Origin: Octopus vulgaris
Lineage: Eukaryota
DNA length: 64,000 bases
Assembly (NCBI GenBank): GCA_951406725.2
Contig: OX597824.1
Location: 58,776,001 to 58,840,000 of the forward strand
Direction of reading: 5' to 3'
The notes beneath the pieces were generated by a model, which was not told the origin of the DNA, did not search any database, and saw only the letters and a program-made list of their open reading frames with translations. The position numbers and the translations under genes were made by a program. Shown piece after piece: positions 43,261 to 56,807 of this stretch. Numbering within the stretch: position 1 is the first letter of the stretch; every line of letters starts with the position of its first letter.

Positions 43261-44958
43261 TGAAACTAATATTACTGATTGGTTTGAGTTGGCAGAAATA
43301 TTGTTTTCAAAAACGACAACGACAAAGAAGAGTGAAAACCTGGAGAAATGAGAAAGGAAATATTTGAAATCTGAATATGAACACAGCGAATCTTTTGTAA
43401 TTTGTTGTCGGAAGATTCAGTGTTCCGGTTCTGTTCGTGATGGTTGGATTGTGGCCTTAACTGGGACAGTTGTTTTCCAAGTTTAAATCCCATCGGCATT
43501 TGATCCAAACTGAGGGAAGACATGATTTTGTTCACACTGGTGTTGTATGCTTTCAATAGGGCTCTGTAAAACTCTTCAAACCTGCCAATATTCTCGCTAT
43601 TTAGTAATATTGATTTACACCATTTGGCACCTAAGTGATACATACATGTAATAGCTAATTTATACATACCGCGGTAGCTAATGGCTTTTTGTTTTAGATG
43701 ACTTGGTCAAAAAAGGAGAGCTGACTCCTGATTGTTTTAAGAATTTCCAAGACTGGTGAGTAGAGGAAGAAAGGAATTTTTCCTCCGACCCAGGGGCTAC
43801 CTGGTGGTGTTAAATCTGGCAGCAGAACTGTAAGTATACCTACCACCAGCTCTCTATACCGTTTCAGTCAAAATTTCTCTCTGAAGCCATATAGTAGAAA
43901 ACACACCCAATTTTAGTGCACATTGGTATTGAATGCAAAACCAAGTATCTTATAAGCGATTTCGTTAACCACGCAGTCATATCTGTTCATATGTGATACA
44001 TAATTACTTGTTGGTGGACTATGTAGTTGTCTTGGCCATTAAACATCACCAAAGTGGGAAAAAAACAAGATACGAACGACAGACTGTTCTGTTGAATGAC
44101 AAATACCGTATACCCCCAGCCGTCTGCAGTTCTCCAAGGTATAAGCCAATTACATTACCGGGATGTAGTATGATGGGTTTATTCAACAAAGCAAGATAAT
44201 ATATTAAAGCCCTCAATTATTAAGTTATTCAATACCACGTCTTCTAAATAAACGGCTGTAACCTTCGACTCACACACCATCATATATCAATGCAAATGTC
44301 TCGAAGAATTAACTCATAGGTTAGTGGGTTAGAAATTAACGCACCCACACATAATAGACTAAGTTGTAGAAATGACATTTCCGAAACAGCTAACAAAAAT
44401 TTCTGATATTTACGGGAACCGATGGATACAGTGCAAAAGTGACAATGTCGTTGAGAAATCTAATTTGCTGCAACGTTGTTTCGGATTCCATCCACCTTTT
44501 CACGTTGACCGACGTTTTGTGAGCGAAATTGTGTAAATGGAAAGTATGCAAAAGTCTGTCAGAAGGATCGACTCTGGTTATGAGTAGTGGACTTAATCTG
44601 TCGCCCGTTGAAACAGCATCGCCTGGTACATGATTGATTATAGCAGGTTTTAACGTGTTGCAAGGATCCTGACTAAGTTTCTCATATAAGAATAATTTTC
44701 CCCCACTACTCTCAGAGTCCCTAAAAAGTGTCAGGGACGCGACACTTAGCTTCATTAAAAGGTTTTATGGGTTCTTCTGCCGCCTATTGAAAAAAGTGAA
44801 AAATATCACCAACAAGCCAGAGAGCTAAAGAAGCTGCGGAATACCAAGGCAAGTAGTAACTGGTACACTTGGCACAAGAACAAAAACGCTAACTAAAGTA
44901 CTGAAACAAATTCGAATGAAAACTCGCATTGTTCACTAAATTAGCATGCATTTACATA

Positions 44959-45037
<79 letters not shown>

Positions 45038-45042
45038 TAATA

Positions 45043-45137
45043 ATATGGTTGTAATGCATGTGCCTGGTGTAGTACCCTTATGGGGTTGGTATATTTGGAT
45101 CCCAGTGTCACTTTGATGGCATGCACTGCTCTCACTC
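45043..45137 (+). mobile_element. 3' end of the (AAT)n-flanked non-coding element (same family as 56224-56716)
   Basis: ccagtgtcactttgatggcatgcactgctctcactc matches the reverse complement of 56224-56262; (AAT)n on both sides. Confidence 0.8.
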
Positions 45138-45187
<50 letters not shown>

Positions 45188-45547
45188 CTGTCGTTTCATA
45201 ATTTAACACAAGGCCAATGTATTAAAAAGCCTCAACTAAGTGAAAGTATACGTGATGTAGCGTTCATGCTTTAATTGAGGACATTAGAAGCGAAAATGAC
45301 TGCAGTTGTAATTGTGTCACAGTTATGACATTCTAGTTACTAACCACTTGCTCTATGGTGGTCACCACAAACTTACTGCTATACAAACAAACATTCATTG
45401 TGTCACTACTGACATTTAACGGAAGAGAATAAACAAAACAAACGAGAGAACATTTGGTGACCAAATTAATTGCATCTAATACAGGCTATTTTTAGCAGAG
45501 TATTTTTGCGCCATCAACATTTTGTAGATTATTATTATTATTATTAT

Positions 45548-45772
45548 GGACGGTGAGCCGGCAGAATCGCTAGCACACCGGCCAAAATGCTTTGCGGCAT
45601 TTCATCCGTCTTCACGTTCTGAGTTCAAATTCCGCCGCGGTTGACTTTGCCTTTCATCTTCTCGAGGTCGATAAATTGAGATGCAAACGACTTACACCCC
45701 TCCTCGATATTGCTGGCCTTGTGGCAAAATTTGAAATCATTATCACCATCATCATCATCATCATCATCATCC

Positions 45773-45803
<31 letters not shown>

Positions 45804-46040
45804 CATTGTTGTTGTTGTTGTTATTGTTGTTGTTGTTGTTGTTGTTATTGTTGTTATTGCTACAACGGTGGTGAGCTAGCAGAATCGTTAGCACTCCGGA
45901 GAACTTAGCAGCATTTCGTCCGACTTTACGTTCTGAGTTCAAATGCCTTCGAATTCAATTTTGCCTTTCATCCTTTCAGAGTCGATGAAATGAGTATCAA
46001 TCTAGTATTAGGGCCGATTTACCTGTTCCCCCAAAATTTC
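45548..46040 (+). mobile_element. Two SINE family B copies separated by a compound triplet microsatellite
   Basis: ggtgagc.ggcagaatcg.tagcac...ctgagttcaaat...gcctttcatc occurs twice. Confidence 0.85.
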
Positions 46041-46159
46041 GAGATTCGTGCATAGGGAGCATTATTACTGAGTAATATATATTTTATGGCATATCTACTG
46101 CACAACCTCTTAAGTTATGTGTGCTTTGTGTACGTGTAGTGTATTGCTTTGATTTTCGT

Positions 46160-46470
46160 GAAGGCCCATGGCTTAGTGTATAGTGTATTTAGCTCATGAT
46201 TGTAAGGTTGTGAGTTCGATTACCGACGGTGTCCTTGAGAAAAAACAATTTATTTCCCGTTGCTCCAGTCCACTCAACAGGCAAAAATGAGTTATTACCG
46301 TAATTCAAAAGAGCCAACATTGTCACATTCTGTATCAAGCTAGATCTCCCTGAAAACTACGTAAAGGAACTCGTGTCTGTGGAATATTCAGTCCCCTGTG
46401 CGTTCATTTCACGTGCCGTTTGTTCCATTAATCGGATCAACTAGAACCTTTATCATCGTAACCGACGGCC
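46160..46470 (+). mobile_element. tRNA-derived SINE family C
   Basis: A-box tggcttagtg, B-box gagttcgattacc, then gtccttgag...gctccagtccactca; a related decayed minus copy probably lies at ~14000-14320. Confidence 0.7.
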
Positions 46471-46659
46471 TGATAGTTTGCTTTTCGTATTTTCTATGCA
46501 TTAAGAGACCTCGGCATAACATGTGTGCAGTACCATTTCCTATATGTTGTATATAACTGCATGTCCTGGGGTCTGAGTTATGTATTTATCTATATATTTT
46601 TATAAATCCTTCTAAAGTTGCCTCTTATTATAGTAATTGCATCTGTTTTCAGTCCCTAC

Positions 46660-47000
46660 ATTCAGGATTTCTCCATTACTGGATTGTTCCTATTTGGATA
46701 CTTTCTCCATTTCTTTGAGTGATACTTTGCCATTTGTTGGAATACTTCTATTAGGAGGCACTTAATTTCCTGGTGGTCCTTAACAACAATATCCACACAA
46801 TTATTTTCACACCCTTGTTCGGCTGTACAGGTTATATCTCCAAACATTATCACTTTGTCATATTCTCAAACATATTCTAGTCTGTGTCTGTGGCGTTCCC
46901 TTTCAGGTGATTTTGCATAATTCTAACACAACTTGCAGTAAATGTAAGTTCTGCCACACTTATTGATGTATTCTTTCTTGTCTAAAACGAAAATATCTAG
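46660..47000 (-). mobile_element. Very old R4/Dong-like RLE domain remnant
   Basis: DKVIMFGDI...NCVDIVVKDHQEIKCLLIEV resembles WD..I.TD....NRPDIVVKD....CLLID. Confidence 0.55.
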
Positions 47001-48207
47001 TAACCACTCCCCCATTCTTTGCTGTTACTGTATTTTGCTTTATTTCCACGTATTCTGCTATTAGTTAATTGTGCACTGCCTTATAGTGCTATTATACACT
47101 AATTGTGCACTGTCTTGCAGCATTTATATTGAAAATATGAAGGTAATCACTTTGATATGTGCACTCCTCATCCTGGAGTGTACTCTCCATAATTGGAATG
47201 TTAAAAAAGCTGCCTACAATTGCTTACCATACGAGAAACGTAGCCGTTGAAGATTCAACCATTGCATTCGGTATGGTGCTATTGATAGGCAGGAGTGGCG
47301 ATGTTCTCCAGAGAATCTCAGAACCGACTAGGGTTAACCGAATAGCTTATTCTAATGGGGCTTTAGATTAAGATCAATGTAGGTTTTCTAGAAACGTCTA
47401 ATCAGACAAAACTACTGAGCTATATTTCCTATTGTAAATACAATATGCAAATATGGCAACACCGTTAACCGATATAGATGCAGGACAACGAAACAGTTCT
47501 TTAAGGGCAACCAGTTTTCCCTTGTCTGATGGATAAGATTGAAAAGGACAGAAGATTAATACCTTCCGCTTTGGTCAAACTCTCATCTCCTTATACAAGT
47601 TCTACTTAGAGAGAACGATGGTGCTTTTCAAGAAATTTTACGAAAAAAATAAATAAATGAAAAGAACATAAAGACTCGGCCCACTGCCAACTTGTACCTG
47701 TAGGCTGGAGATAATAATTTGGACAGAGCATCTGCTCTAATAGTCAGGGTAAGCATAGAGCTGTAGAATCTCTTGATTGGTCTCTAGGCCCACTGTCGCG
47801 TTTAGAAGATTTCATTTTGTTCCCTATGTCTCTTATATTTCATAACTGATTCAGCTTTAACTTCAACACCTTTAATTTAGTTAAATAATGTACCTTTATT
47901 TATCGCCCTTGAAATAAATAGAGAAATGTTATAAAATTCTTGTTATTCCTTCTTGTCTATACAATCGTATGCAGGGCTATTATCTATAGCTTGGGCGAGA
48001 GAAGGTAAGCGAGTGAGAAGAATGTTACACTTACTTGTACAGAGTCAGGCTTGCTATAAAATCACATTCGTTACAGGAATAAATGTGTAATTTTTACATA
48101 TGTCATAGTGTTTCATATACATGTATCTTAGAATTGAATAGATGAAGTGTTTGTATGTGCGTGTACGAAGCGTAGAAGTATATTATTATTATTATTGTTA
48201 TCATTCT

Positions 48208-48748
48208 ATGTTTGACTCTTGCTATACATTTGCACAAGCTGGCTCCAAGTCTCACCCATAGACCTCAAGACACAACAAGTTGGAAGTTCATGTTGGTGTT
48301 ATGCCTAGGGTGCCATATATTTGGTTTTGTACTTAGTGTTGTACTAGTGAATGCCTAAAAAAACCATACGAAAATTATGTTTGTTTTAAAACTTGAGATT
48401 ACATAGAAAGTATTTTGCGTAGGATATGAGCAGTTCCCATGAGCACTATCTTTTGAAATTCTGCCAGTTTTGGCTTTCCTGGTATCTGAGTTAGGTAGCA
48501 ATCAGCCCCTTTTGCTGTCATTCCTAGGGCACCTATGACAACAGGTATTGTTTTAGTCTTCAGGTTCCACATTTTACTGATTTCTATTTCCAGATCTTTA
48601 TATTTGCTCAGTTTCTGGTAGGTCTTGACAGATACGTTTATATCGATTGGGACAGTCATATCAATGAGGAGGCATGTTTTTTCTCTGAAGTATTTTACTA
48701 TGATGTCTGGCCTATTCGCGTCTATCTTTCTGTCAGTTTGAATGGTGA
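48208..48748 (-). mobile_element. R4/Dong-like element, 5'-truncated (RLE + 3' UTR)
   Basis: TIQTDRKIDANRPDIIVK...CLLIDMTVP...KYKDLEIE...HILRKILSM*; (AAT)n on its sense strand at both ends. Confidence 0.93.
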
Positions 48749-48864
<116 letters not shown>

Positions 48865-48891
48865 TTAATAATAATAATAATAATAATAATA

Positions 48892-49932
48892 AACAATGAA
48901 GATTGCTACAATTGGCCTAGACACCTACCTGAAAAACTCCGAGGACTGGATGTTAAAACTTGTCTCAAAACATGAAAACAAGAAAGCATCATACTCAGTC
49001 ACAAAACAGGCAAAGGAATATCTAAGTGAATTCCGAATACAACCAATTTCGGAATTAGAGATAGACATACAAGAAACAAGCACAGAAAAAGCTAAGCGCA
49101 TGAAAACCCGTGCCAAAACTGCGGCCTTAGATATTCTGAATAATAAATGGCAAGAAAAACCTCTCTATGGCAAATACCCAAAGAGAGCGAATAATGCAGA
49201 TATTGACAAAGCCCTGACCCATCAATGGCTAATGGCCTCTGGCTTAAAATCTGAAACAGAGGGGTTTATCATAGCATCTCAAGATCAATGCCTACAAACA
49301 AGAAACTACCAGGCCAACATATTAAAGAACGGCAGTAGCCCAACATGTCGTGTATGCCGACAACAAAATGAAACCATTGATCATGTTGTCTCCAAATGCA
49401 GTCTTCTAGCGCCTACAGAGTACCTCAACAGGCATGATAGAGCTGCACAATATATTCACTGGGTAATTTGCAAAAACCTGGATTTGCCCCATGAAAAAAA
49501 CTGGTGGGAACACAATCCACCTCCAATGCTTGAAAATGACCACATCTCACTCCTCTGGAACTTCACCATTCAAACTGACAGGAAGATAGATGCAAATAGG
49601 TCAGACATTATATTGAAAGACTTCAGACAAAGAACATGCCTCCTCATTGATATGACTGTCCCAATCGATATAAACGTATCTGTCAAGACCTACCAAAAAC
49701 TGAGCAAATATAAAGATCTTGAAATAGAAATCAGCAAAATGTGGAAGCTGAAGACTAAAACAATACCTGTTGTCATAGGTGCCCTGGGAATGATAGCGAA
49801 AGGGACTAATTACTACCTAACTCAGATACCAGGAAACCTCAAAATGGCAGAAATTCAAAAGATAGTGCTCATGGGAACTGCTCATATCCTTCGCAAAATA
49901 CTCTCTATGTAATCCCAAGGTTTAAAACAAAC

Positions 49933-49964
<32 letters not shown>

Positions 49965-50131
49965 ATTTTTTAAAATTTTATTTTTATGTATTAGACATTC
50001 ACTAGTACAACACCAAAAAAACCCCAAAAAAAAACATATATATGGCACAGAACTTCCAACCTGTTGTCTCTTGAGGTTTCTGGGTGAGACTTGGAGCCAA
50101 CTTATACAGACATAAAGCAAAAGTCAACCAT
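48892..50131 (+). mobile_element. R4/Dong-like element, 5'-truncated, young
   Basis: Same family as 21290-24362; ends AAAAGTCAACCAT followed by (AAT)n. Confidence 0.95.
48896..49912 (+). CDS. Uninterrupted 338-aa C-terminal part of the retrotransposon ORF (CCHC knuckle + restriction-like endonuclease, no RT core)
   Basis: CRVCRQQNETIDHVVSKC, RHD, NRSDII...LIDMTVP...KYKDL; expression not shown. Confidence 0.7.
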   Translation: MKIATIGLDTYLKNSEDWMLKLVSKHENKKASYSVTKQAKEYLSEFRIQPISELEIDIQETSTEKAKRMKTRAKTAALDILNNKWQEKPLYGKYPKRANNADIDKALTHQWLMASGLKSETEGFIIASQDQCLQTRNYQANILKNGSSPTCRVCRQQNETIDHVVSKCSLLAPTEYLNRHDRAAQYIHWVICKNLDLPHEKNWWEHNPPPMLENDHISLLWNFTIQTDRKIDANRSDIILKDFRQRTCLLIDMTVPIDINVSVKTYQKLSKYKDLEIEISKMWKLKTKTIPVVIGALGMIAKGTNYYLTQIPGNLKMAEIQKIVLMGTAHILRKILSM

Positions 50132-50152
50132 AAAATAATAATAATAATAATG

Positions 50153-50186
<34 letters not shown>

Positions 50187-50216
50187 TAATAATAATTATA
50201 ATAATAATAATAATAA

Positions 50217-50316
50217 CCATCAGAGCATCACAACAAATCACAGCACATACCCAAGGCACACAGAGCTGCGCTCGGTAGTGAAGTGAAAGCACGCTATAAA
50301 AATAAAACTGCTGAAT
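50217..50316 (+). mobile_element. 100-bp insert in (AAT)n, probably the 3' UTR stub of another Dong-like family
   Basis: Unique sequence bounded by (AAT)n, containing aataaa and ending ctgaat; family assignment inferred. Confidence 0.5.
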
Positions 50317-50317
50317 G

Positions 50318-50348
<31 letters not shown>

Positions 50349-51188
50349 GAGAGCGAAGGTTTCATCCTGGCTGCTCAAGATCAAAGCCTATTAACCCGGA
50401 ACTACCAGGCCAATGTGATGAAAAATGGATCAGACCCAAAATGCCGATTCTGCAACGACATGATTGAAACAGTGGACCACCTAATCTCTGGATGTAAAGT
50501 CTTAGCACCAGTGGAGTATAAATTAAGACATGACAGAGTTGGCCAATATCTACACTGGCTAATAAGTCGGCATTACAATATCAAAACTGCCGACAAGTGG
50601 TATAATCACCACCCTGAGGCTGTAACTGAAGGAGAAAATGTAACCATTCTGTGGGACTTTCCAGTACATACAGACCGAACCATCAAGGCCAATAAACCAG
50701 ATATTGTTGTGAAAGATCAAAACAATAAAGTTTGCTTATTGATCGACATGAGCATCCCCTGTGATCATAATATCTCAGCGAAAGAGTTTGACAAGCTCAG
50801 AAAATATAATGACCTACTCATTGAAATTGAGAAAATGTGGCATCTCAAGGCGGTTACAATACCAGTGATCGTAGGAGCACTAGGAATGATCAAGAAGGGA
50901 ACCGAAAATTATATGAGAATGATCCCTGGCTTACCATCCCTGCAAGAAGTGCAAAAGATTGTCTTAACTGGTACATCACACGTATTGAGAAGAGCATTGT
51001 CGATGTGAAAACTGTTGCTGCACATGTATTTTAATTTAAGTTAAAAAAAAAAAAAAATTTTTTTAAATGAACGAATTATTGAGTTTGGTTTAATGGCCTA
51101 CCAATATATACTATGAGTTTCTTTGCCCTAGAAGTCGGGAAGACACTCGGCAAGAAATGTAAGCAAATTTGAAAGAAGAAAAAAAAAA
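50349..51188 (+). mobile_element. Second R4/Dong-like family, 5'-truncated, open frame to 51008
   Basis: ESEGFILAAQDQSL...CRFCNDMIETVDHLISGC...RHD...NKPDIVVKD...LIDMSIP; (AAT)n on both sides. Confidence 0.93.
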
Positions 51189-51205
51189 TAATGATAATAA
51201 TAATG

Positions 51206-51292
<87 letters not shown>

Positions 51293-52601
51293 TTAATAAT
51301 AATAACAATAATAATAATAATAATATTCGAGGTTTTATCGCTAAATCAGTGTTTATCCATTTCCAAAGGAGACTATGTGTTATATTAAAGGCAGAAACTT
51401 CTGGTTCTGCAGATTTCGACAGATACAAACAAAATAAATTAAAAGTAAAGCATACAAATATATCAAACATATATATATGTATCCGTGTGTGCATATATAA
51501 ATGTGTGTGTATGTGTGTCTATGTATGTGAGTATCTGTATGAAAACATATGATTGAACTATTATGCCATGTCTAAAGATAGCGGTGTAAGTGAAGCTCGG
51601 TTTAACATCACTTATCACAGTGGTAAACTAAACGACTTTTATCGCTAGTGTTACACAATCTTGTTATAAGAAACCGCTGTAATATGTTATGTTATGATTG
51701 TATGAACAATTCATCAACCAATCTTTCTAGTACAACACCAATTTAACTGCCCCACACTTAAATATGTAGATGCTATTAGAATTCTTTTCATATCCATACC
51801 TGCCAAATCTCTTATCAATGTTTTCTCAAGAGAGTTTTCGAATTATCTATTTACAATGTTACCTTAACATCAGGTGTAACAAATATGATATCATTAGTTT
51901 ATCTTCCACTTCTGGAAACTAAATTTTACTATTTCTGTGAATTGTATAGAAGCAGTTTCGCTTCTAAAAGTAGACAATATTTTCTCAATACTACTACGAA
52001 TGGGTTTGTAAATTGAGCTGTTGTGAGATCGCATGACGAAAAAATATTTCTTGTAGTTTTTACTTATGTTGTTTTCCCTTTAGGTTTCGAGTTCGAAATT
52101 CAAAGGGACGACTTTGCTTTATGGGAATTTCATTAAAATACTCTTGCTAGTCAAGTACTATTGACAATTTAAGCAGCCTGATATCTCGAAAGAAACTTTT
52201 TTGCGAATGTTTGCATTTTGAGGTCTTTACCATATGGTCCACAATATTCACGTGAGGAGTAGTGATCTCAACTACATTCATTAGGATGACCAAACATGAA
52301 AGTTTCTGTAAAAGACATCGGTGACATTCGTATTGTACAGCTATAAAGGTATATAGCGTGGGCAATATGTAACTCGGCAGGAGCATAAAACTATCCCAAT
52401 ATCGTGCTCTGTAGCCGTTGCTGCACAAACAAACAGTCCAGCTGCTATACATGTTGTAGTGACAATAACATTTTGGCTTTATAATTTGATAAGATAGAAA
52501 AATGTTAAAGCAGGAAATCAGTAATACCAACAGCGGTCTATGAACTATCAGGTGCAGTTATGGAAACATCGCCTTAGCATGTTTTCGATTCCAAGAGGCC
52601 A

Positions 52602-52773
52602 AGAAGAAGACGAAGAAGAAGACGAAGAAGAAGAAGAAGAAGAAGAAGAAGAAGAAGAAGAAGAAGAAGAAGAAGAAGAAGAAGAAGAAGAAGAAGAAGA
52701 AGAAGAAGAAGAAGAAGAAGAAGAAGAAGAAGAAGAAGAAGAAGAAGAAGAAGAAGAAGAAGAAGAAGAAGAA
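52602..52773 (+). repeat. (GAA)n microsatellite
   Basis: Direct observation. Confidence 0.95.
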
Positions 52774-53133
52774 AATCAGAGCTGTAGCCTACACTGACCT
52801 GACACAGATGGAAATTTTCTTATTCGTAAGTAGGTGACAAACTTTGTTTCCACACTGTAAGATTTATCTTCTTTTAATGACATTTATATCATGTATTGTG
52901 TTTCTAATTTACCCTAACTTTTAATATATTCATTGTATATTCATTCTTATAGAGCTTTTTCTATTCCATCTCATGTGTTTTGGCATCCTCCTTATGTTAG
53001 TGCTTTATTTGTACGTATGAGACCTTGTTGCTAATAACACGCTGCTTCCATTCCTTCGAGATTCATAAATAAGTACCAGTCAAACCCTAGGGTCGGTGTA
53101 ACCGACTTGCCCCAACCCTAAAAATGACTAGCC

Positions 53134-53207
<74 letters not shown>

Positions 53208-53874
53208 GCTGCTGCTCCTATCGAAGTGATATCGTTTCAAATATATGCCATACTTCACTCTTACTTTATTTTTCTATAAGAAAAGTGCATGTTTTCATTC
53301 GTTTTTTAATCTTTAAAATCCCTGTAAGCAAACCAAGAATGTATTGGAGACAACTAAACAGAAGTTGGTTACGTCAGCAAGGTAAATGATCCTCCCCCAG
53401 CATTCTTGGCGATGATCCCTCTAATTATTTTTGAAGGAAGGGCGAGCGGCCTATGAGTCAGAAAACATGTGGCTTATGAAAGAATTAAATGGGGAACTTA
53501 ATAATCACACACACATATGCACATGTATAAATATGTATATGTAAATTATGTATGTATGCATGTATTATATATGTATGTATGTATGTAGGTAGGGAGGTAG
53601 AGAGGGAGGGAGGCAGGCAGGTAAGTAGATATATAGTTATGTGTCTGTATTTACATATATATATACATACACATACACGAAACTGAAAGATATGTGAAAA
53701 CCAAAGCAGTTACACCCATTAAAATAAACGTAGGTATTATATATATCCTTTCCTTTAACACATGGATCCATGTCTTTAACAGAAATGTATGCATGAATGT
53801 ATGTGCGTGCGTGTGTGTGTGTGTGTGTGCCTGTGTGTATGATGTGTTTGTCTGTGTCTGTCTGTATCTGTGTG

Positions 53875-53932
<58 letters not shown>

Positions 53933-54077
53933 TGTATGTATGTATGTATGTATGGCTTATTAGCAATTTAACAACCTAATGGCAAATTTATAGACGTCAC
54001 TAAAGTGACAGGAGGTACTAAGTAGTACCAGTATTGCTAGAGATAAGAGTCAAAACAATTGAGTATTATATATATAT

Positions 54078-54476
54078 ATTGTTGGCATCCTTTTGTCTCG
54101 GTTGACAATGGAGTTGTGTATAAAATAATCCAATCTGGTTTTTTGGGTAGGTCTGGGCTAGATGTAAGAAAATCCTGGGTAGCCCAATCGTCAGGATTCT
54201 TCTCTCGACCTTGCTGCCGTAGTCCAAAATAGTGCAGAGCATTACGCTTGACACCAGCTTGACACCAGCTGCCAGAAGAATGTCGAGTCTTCCAGTAGCT
54301 CTTGCATTAAACCGCCTACGGGACTCCACTCCGGATTTCTTTGAAGGTTGTCTCCTTTCCGTAACCCTGGATAGGGGCTCATACCGAGTACTGTCAGCCG
54401 GAGCCAGCTGAACCAGGGACTCGTGTCAGACAGGGCCATCACTCCCTGAAGCAGTGAAGAAAATCGCTACCCACTA

Positions 54477-54478
<2 letters not shown>
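54078..54478 (-). mobile_element. Short non-autonomous RTE-derived element (5' UTR-like + 3' tail-like)
   Basis: GC-rich 400 bp between (TA)n; gagcccctatccaggg...aaatccggagtggagtccc and terminal ccattgtcaaccgagac..aaggatgccaacaa resemble RTE UTRs (from recall). Confidence 0.55.
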
Positions 54479-54516
<38 letters not shown>

Positions 54517-54688
54517 TGTATAAAGGTTGAATGTCGATTCGTCTTTTAATTGGAGATTTCCCAAAAAAGATTTCTAATGTTGATTCTTTATGCTTTGCTG
54601 GGAGTTTACGGGCATATATTTGCGAAGATATGAAAGAGGTACTAGTATATAATGTATGATGCATTCATCCGCATATGGGCTTGTGTGA

Positions 54689-54734
<46 letters not shown>

Positions 54735-56223
54735 CATAGAATAGTATGCAGATGTTGATATGAGCATGTGTTCATATATAAGTATATGTCGTGTAATTAT
54801 GTGACCTATATAAGTATGAGAGACATGAGGTCCAGAAGCTCCATGTTGCAGTCAGATCCGACGAAGACTAGAAAGAGCCAAGCACAGCAACATCTACATG
54901 ATCCAACACAAAACAATCAAGAAGTGCCTCCTCATAGCAGCACTACGTCATCCAGTTATGAGGATGGTGACTAAATGAATGTTAGTTGCGATAAGCAGAC
55001 ATCATCAAAAGAGAAGAACGAAAAATTTCCAAAGGAAAATAAAAATCTATGAAAACTCTGAGTCAGAGAACCTTTCACTGCAAGAACTCTCCACTAAAAA
55101 CTGATCTCTTATGAGGAAGAACTAATGTCACCCGAGGTGAGATGAGTTCCTATCCTATCGAAATGAAATTCACAGCAATTCGTAAGAAAAGCAGCAGACA
55201 ACATTCAAATAAAACATTTATATTAGCGACAGAAGGAATAGTTATCTCCACTTAAAAATGGATGTTCTGTTTGGACAAGCTATACAGCTGTAGATACCAT
55301 AGTGGCTTTTGGTTCAAAATGCATTCTTGATCATGGCTCATGTAGGGAGAGAAATCCCAGCCACCTCCAGCGCCGAGACCACCAGGTCACGTGATTTCGA
55401 ACCTCCTTCGACTCGTAAATAATAGACGCTAGAGATAGCAACGACTCATCTCCCCCGCCAGTGATATATAGAAAAAACAGTGTCAGAACAGGCGCTGGTA
55501 TCGCGATTAGCCAAAGAGCTTGTTAAAAATATATATTAGCGACAGAGGCAGTATGAACACCGAAAGATTGTAATCCCTCTGGAGTTGTCGCGGATTTGGT
55601 TTCCCGCTAGCGATATAGACAAGAGTGCATTTTGCACCAAAATCCATGATGAGAGTTTCTCTCGTGGTACCTACAGCAGTATAGTCTGTTTTTACCGAAC
55701 ATCCCCGTTTAAGTGGGGATAACTATTCGCAATAAACTCAAGGAATATCAAAACGAATTATTCATTGAGAATGAAATAGTATCACATTTTAAACAGCATT
55801 ATATATGAAGCATTATATTTCTGCAATCCAAAAGGTGTGCCCCCCCCCTCACTAGCTCGCTATGAAAAGACAATACCTTACGAAAGAGTTTACTGGTACC
55901 TCCTATAGAAGTCAATACACGAATGGAAGCATAATCACTCTGATCCATGTGAGTAGATTTAAATTATTTTACATAATCATCTTGTTTTAATTACTGCGTG
56001 TGTTTATCATACATTATAATATTTATGATATGTCGTTTCTGTGCTGAAGAAAACTTAAATTCGTTCAATGTATATATTGTATAAAGTCTTTTCATTTTAC
56101 CTTTTTGTAATGTCTTTGTTCCCCCACATATTCTTCTAAGTGCTCTGTTTCACTTGTATTTCTATTTCTTCTATCTTATTGAGCTCTTGTGCCTGAGAAA
56201 GAAAATATCATTATTGTTGTTGA

Positions 56224-56714
56224 TTGAGAGAGCTGCGCATGACATCAAAGTGACACTGGGGCACAAATATACGAAGCCTAATATACTTAACATGAATACT
56301 CGTCTATTAAGGGTACACCAGACACATGCATCACAACCATATGTGATCTCACATCAAAATAAACAGCACATGACCTTGCGAGTCGAATAGCCCAGCCCAC
56401 TCAAATGCCCCCTGAATAAGGTTTGTTTAAGGATGAAGAACGAAACACTCATGTGTCAAAAGTTGAATTATTCAAACCCCAAAGAATTTCTCTCAACACA
56501 TAGCTATGATGCTCCCCCACTACTCCTGCTCGTGATCAGAGATGTACATATCGTCAGTGACTAAGGGACGTACTCAACTGGTTAAGATGAAGTAAATCTG
56601 TAGTATTGAGCAGAATACTTGCGGTGGCCCATCCTTTATACCAAGACAAAACGTATATGATAACACTTCCAATCAGTTAAGATCAGAAGCCATGAGAGCC
56701 ACAGCTTAGTACTG

Positions 56715-56716
<2 letters not shown>
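56224..56716 (-). mobile_element. ~490-bp non-coding element flanked by (AAT)n on its sense strand
   Basis: Second partial copy at 45043-45137; no ORF; triplet repeats at both ends. Confidence 0.7.
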
Positions 56717-56796
<80 letters not shown>

Positions 56797-56807
56797 GCTA
56801 TTATAAT

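Noticed and set aside
43272-43667. 131-aa non-repetitive minus-strand ORF
   Set aside because: No recognisable motif or splice support; the length is compatible with chance.
55219-55550. 15-nt direct repeat TATATTAGCGACAGA about 313 bp apart
   Set aside because: Similarity does not extend and no HHR or other hallmark lies between the copies.
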